Source: a virus
Taxonomy: Duplodnaviria; Caudoviricetes
Length of the DNA: 64,000 nt
Strand: one strand, 5' to 3'
Virus record (IMG/VR): IMGVR_UViG_3300006045_001036
Below, piece after piece: positions 19,150 through 27,399 of the stretch; the stretch's first letter is position 1; every line of letters starts with the position of its first letter. Under the pieces are notes generated by a model. That model had not been told where the DNA came from. It saw nothing but the letters and a program-made list of their open reading frames with translations, and made no database searches. Made by a program: the position numbers and the translations under genes.

Positions 19150-19575
19150 GGGAATGGCTAACCTATATCCGTTGGCAGCGGAGGTTATCGCCGTAGCTTT
19201 GTTACTCGGTCTCTTCGTTTCTTTGTATTCGATGTTTGCTTCCCACAGCGAGTTGTTCCCTTGTCCGCAGACGAGCTATACAAGGTGGGTATTACAACCT
19301 GAGCTTTTACCTGAAATCCAACAGTGTCATATACCTCTGCGTCAGCTAATTGACATTGCTCTGTTGTTTCCAATCCCCAGTCGGTGTACTTATCGGGCGG
19401 TTGTGCTTATCGGTCGGACGAGAATTCCGACTTCTCGTCCACGGACTTCTCAGGAATTTCACCTGAACCATAGCGTGAGTATTGTGTCAACAGGGAAGAG
19501 TCGGCACTCCGCCTATATGACCCGCAAACAACGACAACCGAGTTACCAATTCGGCAGTTCGTTGCGTCCGTAACG
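19150..19575 (-). ncRNA. Candidate structured RNA domain
   Basis: No convincing ORF; several stems, e.g. GGACGAGAA/TTCTCGTCC and GCAACGA/TCGTTGT with G-U pairs on the minus strand. Confidence 0.35.
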
Positions 19576-19605
19576 GTTTCTCAAATTATCACACCAACCG
19601 AATCA

Positions 19606-19790
19606 GGGAGAGGGGGTAAGGGGGAGAGGGTAATCACGTTTTTAATTTTCTTTTAAACAGACGATAGTCTGTTCGTAAACGAAAATTTTGTTTGATTGAT
19701 TATTTGATTGATTTAATTGGTTAGTTAAATTTGAGAATTTTCTCAAATCTCATGAAGGAAATTCGTAGCTTGCTTCGCTTGCTTCTTTTT
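19606..19790. other. Candidate replication origin (purine mirror repeat plus AT-rich repeats)
   Basis: GGGAGAGGGGG-TAA-GGGGGAGAGGG; TTTGATTGATT twice; GCTTGCTTC twice; located where transcription diverges, next to replication genes. Confidence 0.4.
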
Positions 19791-19794
19791 GGGT

Positions 19795-20197
19795 TTCGAA
19801 GTCGGGTGATACATCTCTCTGTTTATTACTCACGGTCGGATAATCCCGCCGACCCGCTTTCAAAGGTCATTTTCCAAGTTATCTGTCCGGTCTTCCGACA
19901 CTAACTCACGACTGTCTGTTCTTGGACACGCTGTTAGTACCCTAACTAACACTCGGTAACGTTTCTTCTTACCAGAACCACCATTTCATGGTAAGTGGGT
20001 CTCACCTAAATAATTTCGGATATGTGTTAGTATACCGTCACTAAGCGTGGAGTTGGTAATTCAGGTCTTAGGACACTTTTGGGAAGCTTACTGTCTGCCT
20101 GTACTACCACTTTCTATTACCTGCTTGTTCTTTGATACTCCTTACCCGCTCCCGAAGTTGCTACGGCTTCGGGGTAGCAATAGCGTATAAGGACTCG
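19795..20197 (-). ncRNA. Candidate large structured ncRNA
   Basis: GCATT promoter motif at 20205-20209 points into an ORF-free region with many short stems. Confidence 0.45.
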
Positions 20198-20220
20198 TTA
20201 AAGAAATGCTCAAGATATAA

Positions 20221-20310
20221 ATATCCTCCAAGACACCTACCCCGCATACTCCGCATAATCTCTCAACCACGAATTACACAGAGAAAGTAGGCATCTCAGA
20301 GGATACTCCA
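20221..20310 (-). ncRNA. Candidate small RNA of about 90-100 nt
   Basis: 21 bp terminal helix that pairs fully only on the minus strand (6 G-U pairs); GCATT motif at 20330-20334. Confidence 0.5.
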
Positions 20311-20430
20311 TTCTCATAGTTAAGAAAATAATGCGAAGTACGCTGCGGGTCGCACTTCCTGTTATTTATTTTACCAAAACACATACAACTCGCATTGTGT
20401 GTTTTTGAAATATAGTGAAAGAGGTTAAAC

Positions 20431-22038
20431 ATGAAATTACCCGAAGAGTATTACCCCACGCCAACGGAGTTGGCGACAAAGATGCGAAGTAAGGTTGATA
20501 TGAAAACCGTAGCTTCCGTTCTCGAACCGTCTGCAGGTGACGGCGGTCTCATCGCAGTTTTTGCGAAATCACAGTATAATTTAGATTATTCCGCTGTTGA
20601 CGCAATCGAGATTGATGGCGACTTGCAAGCGATTCTGAAGAGTAAAGGAATTCGAGTTGTTTATAACGATTTTCTCACTTACCACTCTTACAAACAGTAT
20701 GACCTAATTGCAATGAACCCGCCGTTCTCCGAAGGAGATAAACACCTGCTTAAAGCTCTCGACATACAAAAGCACGGCGGTCAAATCGTCTGTTTACTTA
20801 ACGCTGAAACCCTACGTAACCCTTACACCAATACCCGCAAGGATTTGGTTAAGCAGTTGGAGAAATACGAAGCCGATATTGAGTATATCGAAGGAGCTTT
20901 TTCCACTGCTGACCGCTCTACCGATGTAGAAATCGCTCTTGTTTACGTCAATATCTCGAGTTCGTTTGATGATTGCGATATCTTGAAGAATTTAGAGAAA
21001 GCTCGGGAAGTCGCTTCGGAAACCGTTGAAGAAACACAACTGACAGACAGGCTTGAGAGTTATCTAAACGCTATCGTCAAACAATACGAAGCTGAAACTG
21101 CCGCAGGTGTCAGGCTAATTCGTGAGTATATGGCTTTTGCTCCACAGTGTTTGAATTCATTCGATGAGCAGTACACAAGCACTATCCTTGAGATGAAAAT
21201 TTACGATGGGAGTAGTGACCGCAGTCTTGTCAATGATTTCTTAGAGAAAGTTCGGTATAAATACTGGGCGGTGTTGTTTGGTCGTAAGGAGTTCTACGAG
21301 CTGATGACCGAGAACCAACGCAGTCAGTATTTTAAACGGTTATATGAGTTGGCTCACTACGAGTTCAACCTCTCAAACATCAAGCAAATACAGCTTGATT
21401 TGTCGAAAAGCAGTATTAAGAGTATCGAAGACACCATCCTCGACCTGTTTGACGACTTCGCCATCAAGTACACATGGTACAAGGAGTGCGACAATAACAT
21501 CCATTACTACAACGGTTGGGCGACAAACAAAGTAGGGAAAGTGAACAAGAAGGTAATTATTCGGTTGGATGCTTTCGAGCGTTACGACAAAACATTTGAA
21601 CCTCGATACACAACCAGAGGAAAAGTAACTGATATTGAGAAAGTCTTCAATTTCCTTGATTGTAACCATACTCCGCCGTTCGACAGTGTCGAAGATGTGT
21701 TAGATTACGCTACTCGGTGCGGTCAAACAGCGAAAATCGAGTTCAAGTACTTCTATATAACTTTCTACAAGAAAGGCACAGCACATATCACATTCAAAGA
21801 CATGGAGCTTATTAAACGGTTCAACATCTTTGTCGGGTTGCGAAAAAGCGGATTACCGCCGTCATACGGCAAGAAATCGTATTCCGATATGACGAATGCC
21901 GAGCAGCAAGTTGTCAACGAGTTTGACGGCGGAGAGAAAGAGTACACCAAGGTGTACAACAACCCAAGCAAGTACATTATTGAGTCCGAGAGTATGTTAA
22001 TGCTTGAGAGCAAAGAAGATTCGGGGGAGGTGTTGTAG
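20431..22038 (+). CDS. N6-adenine DNA methyltransferase (DUF4942-type)
   Basis: YYPTP, motif I LEPSAGDG, motif IV MNPPF, C-terminal FYKKGTAHITF. Confidence 0.88.
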   Translation: MKLPEEYYPTPTELATKMRSKVDMKTVASVLEPSAGDGGLIAVFAKSQYNLDYSAVDAIEIDGDLQAILKSKGIRVVYNDFLTYHSYKQYDLIAMNPPFSEGDKHLLKALDIQKHGGQIVCLLNAETLRNPYTNTRKDLVKQLEKYEADIEYIEGAFSTADRSTDVEIALVYVNISSSFDDCDILKNLEKAREVASETVEETQLTDRLESYLNAIVKQYEAETAAGVRLIREYMAFAPQCLNSFDEQYTSTILEMKIYDGSSDRSLVNDFLEKVRYKYWAVLFGRKEFYELMTENQRSQYFKRLYELAHYEFNLSNIKQIQLDLSKSSIKSIEDTILDLFDDFAIKYTWYKECDNNIHYYNGWATNKVGKVNKKVIIRLDAFERYDKTFEPRYTTRGKVTDIEKVFNFLDCNHTPPFDSVEDVLDYATRCGQTAKIEFKYFYITFYKKGTAHITFKDMELIKRFNIFVGLRKSGLPPSYGKKSYSDMTNAEQQVVNEFDGGEKEYTKVYNNPSKYIIESESMLMLESKEDSGEVL

Positions 22039-22040
22039 TC

Positions 22041-22997
22041 ATAGCACGTAATAGAGTTGTAATCAAACAAGGGCAGGAACACCGCCGTGAATTCGTAAAT
22101 CTGTTCAAGAAATTTGACAACGGCGGACACAGTGACTGGCGAGTATGGCAGGATTTTGTTTACATGGCGTCGTCGGCACTCGCCCAACCCGCCGACTTTC
22201 GGCAAAGCCGTGAAGACGAATATATGCAGATTATCAGCAGATATAACAAAGAAGAACAAGACAGATTCCCGAAAATGTTCTTAGAGATTGTCGAAGCGTT
22301 TGAGGAAGAGAAGTTCGCTGACATACTTGGCGACCTATATATGCAGTTGGATATGGGAAGTAAGTGGAGAGGTCAATTCTTCACCCCATATAATGTTTGC
22401 GTAATGATGGCGAAAATGTCAGCAACCAATGTTCAGGAAGAAATCGACAAAAGCGGTTATATGTCTGTGTGTGACCCTTGCTGCGGAGGCGGTGCAATGT
22501 TAATAGGTTTTGCTCAACACTGCATGGAGCAGAAAGTGAATTATCACAACAACGTACTGTTTGTCGGACAAGACATCGACCCAATTGTAGCAAGAATGTG
22601 TTATATTCAGATGTCGTTACTCGGCTGTCCCGGATACGTAGTAATCGGTAATTCGCTGACTCAGCCGATTGTCGGAAACCCTCTGTTTCCCCAAACAGAC
22701 AAAGTTAATCCTGATTTGCCTGATGCCGACATCTGGTATACTCCGTTCTGGTTTACCGAAGCATGGCATTACCGCCGAGCGTTGTATCAAGTCACATCTC
22801 TGGTGCAGTCTTGTGTTTCTTCTGAAAAACAAGACGAACCTACCCCACCTGTCGTACCACCAGTTGAACCGCTTTCTCCGCCAGCCAAAGGGATTTTGTT
22901 TGACGAAGAAACCAAGAAAGCGGCATTCCAGCAGATGAATTTGTTTGAGGATTCCGAAGACCTTGACCCTAATGACATTGACGAGTTGGACGGATAA
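22041..22997 (+). CDS. N-6 DNA methylase-like protein (probable ATA start)
   Basis: GQFFTPYNV and DPCCGGGAM motifs; frame open 41 codons upstream of the called ATG, to an ATA after GGGGGAGG. Confidence 0.8.
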   Translation: MARNRVVIKQGQEHRREFVNLFKKFDNGGHSDWRVWQDFVYMASSALAQPADFRQSREDEYMQIISRYNKEEQDRFPKMFLEIVEAFEEEKFADILGDLYMQLDMGSKWRGQFFTPYNVCVMMAKMSATNVQEEIDKSGYMSVCDPCCGGGAMLIGFAQHCMEQKVNYHNNVLFVGQDIDPIVARMCYIQMSLLGCPGYVVIGNSLTQPIVGNPLFPQTDKVNPDLPDADIWYTPFWFTEAWHYRRALYQVTSLVQSCVSSEKQDEPTPPVVPPVEPLSPPAKGILFDEETKKAAFQQMNLFEDSEDLDPNDIDELDG

Positions 22998-23020
22998 TTT
23001 TTAAGAAAGTGAGATTATTA

Positions 23021-23998
23021 ATGAAAGAAAATAAACCAATAAAAGCGGTTAACCCTATTGTTGTCGGAACTAAAGAGGACGGCGGTTTCGTCGGATTCGA
23101 TGCTTGCGACGAATTGTGCAGTCATTGTATGTGTGAAACCTACAACATACCTGTTGACGCAGTCAGTTTATGTTCACATTGCGGAGCCGAGTTACTTCCT
23201 TGTGCCACTTGTGAAGACTCTTATTGTGACTTTGACATGGCTAAAGGCGGTTGTCACCGATTCCAATATTCCGACAACTACATTGCCAAGCAAAAAGCGA
23301 GAATGATGGATAAAGAGGTTCCACTGTTTATCGGCGACGATGTTTACGTGAAAACTACGCACTATACTGGGAAGGCAAAAATTGTCGGGACTGCCGACGA
23401 TGAGTACGATAATTTCCCCGACGTAAAAGCAGGAGCTTACGACGATTGTTTCATAGTTGACTGCGGGGAAGATGTCGGGACTATGACAGTTCATAAGAGC
23501 GAGATGGAAACATTCTATATCCATGTTGAGAACAACGGATTTCCTATTCAACCAAGCGAATTAATACTTGAAGTCCCTTTTGTGTCTGTTTGGGACGGCG
23601 GAGTTGAAGTCGAAACACAGTGCCGTGTCAACATCAAAACAGGCGAGGTTCATGCTATCGAGAAATCAGGCTTGCGTGGGATGGCATATGTGCGGGGATT
23701 AGATGTTTGTGAAGAGCAGTATATCGTTATGAACGATGAGAAGGTTATCGTTTACGAAGACGAAAACGGCTTTGATTACTGGGCGGATTTGAAAGGAATA
23801 GACGTAACGGCTAATCCCTCTATAGATTTCACAAACAAGGATAACAGCAGTTCTGTTGTCAATATCAGCATTACCGTTGATGGTGTTAATCATCGAGTCA
23901 CCGCCAACAGCGTCAACGAAGCAATCGGCGGGTTTCTTGTCGATAATCCCGATTTGTGTTACAATGAATTACAGGTAGATTTGGGGGAAGACGAATGA
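23021..23998 (+). CDS. Mosaic hypothetical protein with N-terminal Cys-rich domain
   Basis: CSHC/CATC clusters; FVSVWDGG module. Confidence 0.7.
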   Translation: MKENKPIKAVNPIVVGTKEDGGFVGFDACDELCSHCMCETYNIPVDAVSLCSHCGAELLPCATCEDSYCDFDMAKGGCHRFQYSDNYIAKQKARMMDKEVPLFIGDDVYVKTTHYTGKAKIVGTADDEYDNFPDVKAGAYDDCFIVDCGEDVGTMTVHKSEMETFYIHVENNGFPIQPSELILEVPFVSVWDGGVEVETQCRVNIKTGEVHAIEKSGLRGMAYVRGLDVCEEQYIVMNDEKVIVYEDENGFDYWADLKGIDVTANPSIDFTNKDNSSSVVNISITVDGVNHRVTANSVNEAIGGFLVDNPDLCYNELQVDLGEDE

Positions 23999-24252
23999 GA
24001 TTATTACAGTTTTTGTTTGAAACAGGCGAGACCTCCTGTCCGTATTGGCAAGAATGGGTTGTGGTTAAGTCGGAAAATCCCATTGATTACGATGAACTCA
24101 AAGACTCTATAACTTCGTACATGGAGAGTAATTGCGGAGAAGAAAGCGATTTCAAAGACTATGTTGCGGATATCATGGATGCCTCGGGACTGTCGTGGTC
24201 GTGCTTCAGTGGCGGGGTCGTGATAAATCAGATTCACACGTTTTGGGTTTGA
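23995..24252 (+). CDS. Hypothetical acidic protein
   Basis: ATGA overlap with upstream gene. Confidence 0.65.
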   Translation: MRLLQFLFETGETSCPYWQEWVVVKSENPIDYDELKDSITSYMESNCGEESDFKDYVADIMDASGLSWSCFSGGVVINQIHTFWV

Positions 24253-24267
24253 TAAAACCGTGAAATT

Positions 24268-24299
24268 GACTCCGTCCCCTCGAATTCGGGGACGGAGTC
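24268..24299. terminator. Hairpin bounding convergent cassette 1
   Basis: 12 bp inverted repeat GACTCCGTCCCC/GGGGACGGAGTC. Confidence 0.7.
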
Positions 24300-24333
24300 G
24301 CTGTAAATGAATCCGATGTTTTGCAATTAGCCC

Positions 24334-24362
24334 TTGACAAATGTATGTTTCTATGATAGAAT
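24334..24362 (+). promoter_or_regulatory. sigmaA promoter
   Basis: TTGACA-17 nt-TAGAAT. Confidence 0.8.
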
Positions 24363-24397
24363 GATAATTGTGAAAATATTACTGCAAGGAGAGTCGA

Positions 24398-24769
24398 ATG
24401 TTTCTTTTTAAGTGCGAATGTGGTTGCTGCTTTACGGTTAAGGAAGAGACGTTGAAAAACATCACCAAAAACTATCATTGCCAAAACTGTAATACAGAAA
24501 TGTGTCATGTTATCGAAAACTATGACAAGCTCGACTTTAATAATTCAAACTCTGTTAAGCCAATAGGAGTGAAGATAGAATCCATGTCTGAGCCTAATGC
24601 AGATGAGATAAATAAGAAACTACGGACTGCTCCGATGTTAAAGTCGTCTTCACGATTATGGACAAAACACGTTCAGGACGACTTATTGTCTAAGTTCTTA
24701 TCCTCACTGTTAGCTCTGTGTTGTCTGGTATCTGTACAACCGATAAACCCGATACAGGTAATTGCATAA
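24398..24769 (+). CDS. Zn-finger protein A (paralogue of 55484..55762)
   Basis: AAGGAG RBS; MFLFKCECGC...KNYHCQNC. Confidence 0.8.
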   Translation: MFLFKCECGCCFTVKEETLKNITKNYHCQNCNTEMCHVIENYDKLDFNNSNSVKPIGVKIESMSEPNADEINKKLRTAPMLKSSSRLWTKHVQDDLLSKFLSSLLALCCLVSVQPINPIQVIA

Positions 24770-25022
24770 CGGACAGTCCTGAAGCTAATAAATGTGTTGT
24801 AGTTGAATTCAAGCTAAGCAAAACTTCGCTTTTTCCGCCCATTATCACCCTGCTGTCACTCGAAAACAAATCTCGGAATGACTCTAACTCATTTATCAAA
24901 ATATTTATACCGCAATTCTTACAAAAAGCGAAATCTTTGTACTCAGCGACACAACCGCAGATGGTGCAAATTGATGAAATTTCTTCTTTTAATTCATTAT
25001 TTTCCGTTGTTTTATTGTCCAT
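24690..25022 (-). CDS. Zn-finger protein B (paralogue of 55171..55572)
   Basis: CTICG...CKNCG; GCATT motif at 25058-25062. Confidence 0.7.
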   Translation of the reverse strand: MDNKTTENNELKEEISSICTICGCVAEYKDFAFCKNCGINILINELESFRDLFSSDSRVIMGGKSEVLLSLNSTTTHLLASGLSVMQLPVSGLSVVQIPDNTELTVRIRT

Positions 25023-25067
25023 TTATTTAGTTTTGCCTTTCATGTATTTAAGAAATAAATGCTATCC

Positions 25068-25096
25068 TTGACAAATCCGCATTTCTGTAGTAGAAT
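25068..25096 (+). promoter_or_regulatory. sigmaA promoter of the PIN operon
   Basis: TTGACA-17 nt-TAGAAT. Confidence 0.8.
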
Positions 25097-25130
25097 ATAA
25101 AAGATGAAATCATAGAATGGGGGTAACTCA

Positions 25131-25625
25131 ATGAAACCCAGTTTGTATCTGGAAACTACGATACCGAGTTATTTGGCAGCTCGCACAAGCAATGACCTCA
25201 TCATTGCAGGAAGACAGGCTGTAACGCATGAGTTTTATGAAGCTGAGAGGTATAGATATGAACTCTGTATATCAGATTATGTCTTACAAGAATGTAGCGG
25301 TGGCGATTCCGAAGCGTCCAAACGACGTTTGAATTGGTTGAAAGGTGTCACTGTGTTAGAGAATATTCCGGAAATTGCACCTTTGGCGGAAACCTATCTG
25401 CAATTACTCTCAATTCCTCAGAAATCCAAAATTGATGCTTTTCATCTTGCGGTCTGTTGTGTGTATAGAGTCAATATTTTGTTAAGTTGGAACTGTACAC
25501 ATTTGGGTGTTGAGAGTATGCAAATTATTCAAAAATACAACGATACGCACGGTTTATCAACACCACAGATGATAACACCCGACTCACTTGTCGGCAAGTA
25601 TAAGGAGGTGGATTTTAATGGTTGA
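25131..25625 (+). CDS. PIN-domain (VapC-like) ribonuclease toxin
   Basis: YLETTIPSYL, DAFHLA, LLSWNCTHL motifs. Confidence 0.88.
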   Translation: MKPSLYLETTIPSYLAARTSNDLIIAGRQAVTHEFYEAERYRYELCISDYVLQECSGGDSEASKRRLNWLKGVTVLENIPEIAPLAETYLQLLSIPQKSKIDAFHLAVCCVYRVNILLSWNCTHLGVESMQIIQKYNDTHGLSTPQMITPDSLVGKYKEVDFNG

Positions 25626-25791
25626 CCCTATCGTTACAGAAGTGCGAAAAAACCGTGAGAAACTTCTTGAAAAGTTTGATGGAGATATAAACAAGCTTCG
25701 CACACATCTTGACGAACAGCGTCCCAAATGGGAGGATTTGGGATTTCGTTACGAAACCGTGGCAGAGCGGCAATCACGTTTTGCACAGTGA
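25618..25791 (+). CDS. Small partner of the PIN protein (putative antitoxin)
   Basis: AAGGAGGTG RBS; overlaps PIN stop; DPIVTEVRKNRE pattern. Confidence 0.7.
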   Translation: MVDPIVTEVRKNREKLLEKFDGDINKLRTHLDEQRPKWEDLGFRYETVAERQSRFAQ

Positions 25792-25815
25792 TTCACAAAA
25801 GTAAGGTTAAGTTAT

Positions 25816-25839
25816 GCCGTCACCTCTCGGGGTGACGGC
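25816..25839. terminator. Hairpin between convergent PIN operon and holin gene
   Basis: GCCGTCACC/GGTGACGGC inverted repeat. Confidence 0.7.
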
Positions 25840-25890
25840 TATTGCTTGACAAAGTGGCGGGAGTAACGATACTATCGAAGAGCGGAAAAA

Positions 25891-26148
25891 TTATCCATCC
25901 AACTCATCTATATCATCGGGATTCATCGGTTTCGGAGGTTGAGGCGGTTTAGGCGGTGTCCAACCCTTATACTGACTCTCTGTCTGGTGTTTAGCAAAGA
26001 AATACGTAATCACTGAGAAAAATATGTTGCCGAGCAGTTCACTTGATATCGACACATTCTGAGCTACTGCCAGATAACAAAATGTAACGGTTATCATGAT
26101 TGTAACAACGCTCTTTATAGTGCCTACATGGTTTTTCGGTGGTTTCAT
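25891..26148 (-). CDS. Holin-like two-TM protein
   Basis: ATG 26148 after AAGGAG; KSVVT...two TM segments...VITYFF; charged tail. Confidence 0.65.
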   Translation of the reverse strand: MKPPKNHVGTIKSVVTIMITVTFCYLAVAQNVSISSELLGNIFFSVITYFFAKHQTESQYKGWTPPKPPQPPKPMNPDDIDELDG

Positions 26149-26168
26149 ATTCTTCTCCTTTCGAGAAG

Positions 26169-26546
26169 CTACCCGCCGAACCCGAATTTTGATATAACGA
26201 ACCCGACGACTGCTGCGACTACGAGTGTGATAATCTGAGCTGTAACACTCTCCCATTTCTTGGCAGGTTTCTGCTCAATGTCTGTGACACGCTTGGAAAC
26301 TTCGGCAAGGTCTTTGGCGTTTTTCTCACCCTGCTTTTCAATCTTGTCATAAATACGTTGAATATGCTCGTTGAAGCGAGTGTTCATCTCCTTTATCTGT
26401 TGTACCATAGTCTCAACATTACTCGAGATTTTCCACACGGCTTCATGTATTTCTTCTATCTTGTCAACTCTTTTTTCGAGTGCGTCGTCCCTCTTTTTAA
26501 GGTCTTCGACGTCACGTCCTAAGAGTGCAAATTCCTTTTCGTTCAT
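26169..26546 (-). CDS. XhlA/BhlA-like lysis protein
   Basis: Coiled coil, EQKPAKKWE, single C-terminal TM; adjacent to holin-like gene. Confidence 0.65.
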   Translation of the reverse strand: MNEKEFALLGRDVEDLKKRDDALEKRVDKIEEIHEAVWKISSNVETMVQQIKEMNTRFNEHIQRIYDKIEKQGEKNAKDLAEVSKRVTDIEQKPAKKWESVTAQIITLVVAAVVGFVISKFGFGG

Positions 26547-26686
26547 AGCGAACCCCTCTTTTCTTCGCAAATTAATGTAACAGATGTCTACAGTTGATTT
26601 TAACTCTTCAACAAAATTTTAAACAATCCCCCGATTTCCGAAGGATTGTTCGTCAAAATTCGATTATTTGAGAGGGTTGAGGTTCT

Positions 26687-26875
26687 CTAAGTCGGAGTCG
26701 GCGAAGAAATATCAACTCGGTCGAGAGGACAAGTATTGTTAGCAACCCCGCACAATCCTGTACAATCTCTGCCATCGTAATCACAAGCGACGATAACCTT
26801 GTCATCAATCGCTTTCTTAGTCTTGTGCACGACTTCGGCAGTTACTGTTTCAGGAATCTTAGCCTTGTATATCAT
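26687..26875 (-). CDS. Small Cys-containing hypothetical protein
   Basis: GGAGG RBS, ATGA overlap. Confidence 0.6.
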   Translation of the reverse strand: MIYKAKIPETVTAEVVHKTKKAIDDKVIVACDYDGRDCTGLCGVANNTCPLDRVDISSPTPT

Positions 26876-27339
26876 GCTATTTCCTCCATTTCAAAATATT
26901 GTTCCCGAAGCCAATGCTCTAACGAGTTATATAGCGTTGCTCCTAAACTCCGAGCGTGTGAAAGACCTTGCTCTAACATTGATTTCACCGTATCGTATTC
27001 GAGGTCGTAGGCGATGCCGTCGTGGGTGACTACTCTTCCGCCATAGTGCTTATTTCCGACCGATTTAGACACTTCACAAGAACAGCCTGTTCCCAAACCT
27101 GATTTAAATTGCTTTCTCGTATATAACAGAGTGAACCGATAACCGCCAAAATATTCGTTAGAGATTGACAAAATTGGAGTGGATGAGGATTCACCTCCGT
27201 CATCCGAGGTCGGTAACACTACACAACCCCACGATATTGAATTGTTGGGACGCTCGTCGTTCTCGTATATAAACGCTTTGCAACCGTGGTTGTGAACGAG
27301 ATTCTCAAGAGCAGCCCTCAATTTCTGTGCTTTGGTCAT
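26872..27339 (-). CDS. Hypothetical protein
   Basis: AAAGGAG RBS before ATG 27339. Confidence 0.7.
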   Translation of the reverse strand: MTKAQKLRAALENLVHNHGCKAFIYENDERPNNSISWGCVVLPTSDDGGESSSTPILSISNEYFGGYRFTLLYTRKQFKSGLGTGCSCEVSKSVGNKHYGGRVVTHDGIAYDLEYDTVKSMLEQGLSHARSLGATLYNSLEHWLREQYFEMEEIA

Positions 27340-27399
27340 AGCCTTCTCCTTTCTCAATAAACAAGGACGGCGAGCGACTCCCACCGTCCTGTGACTTTC

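Noticed and set aside
19154-19573. 139 aa plus-strand ORF and 62 aa minus-strand ORF
   Set aside because: No RBS and no recognisable motifs; the region is better explained by RNA structure
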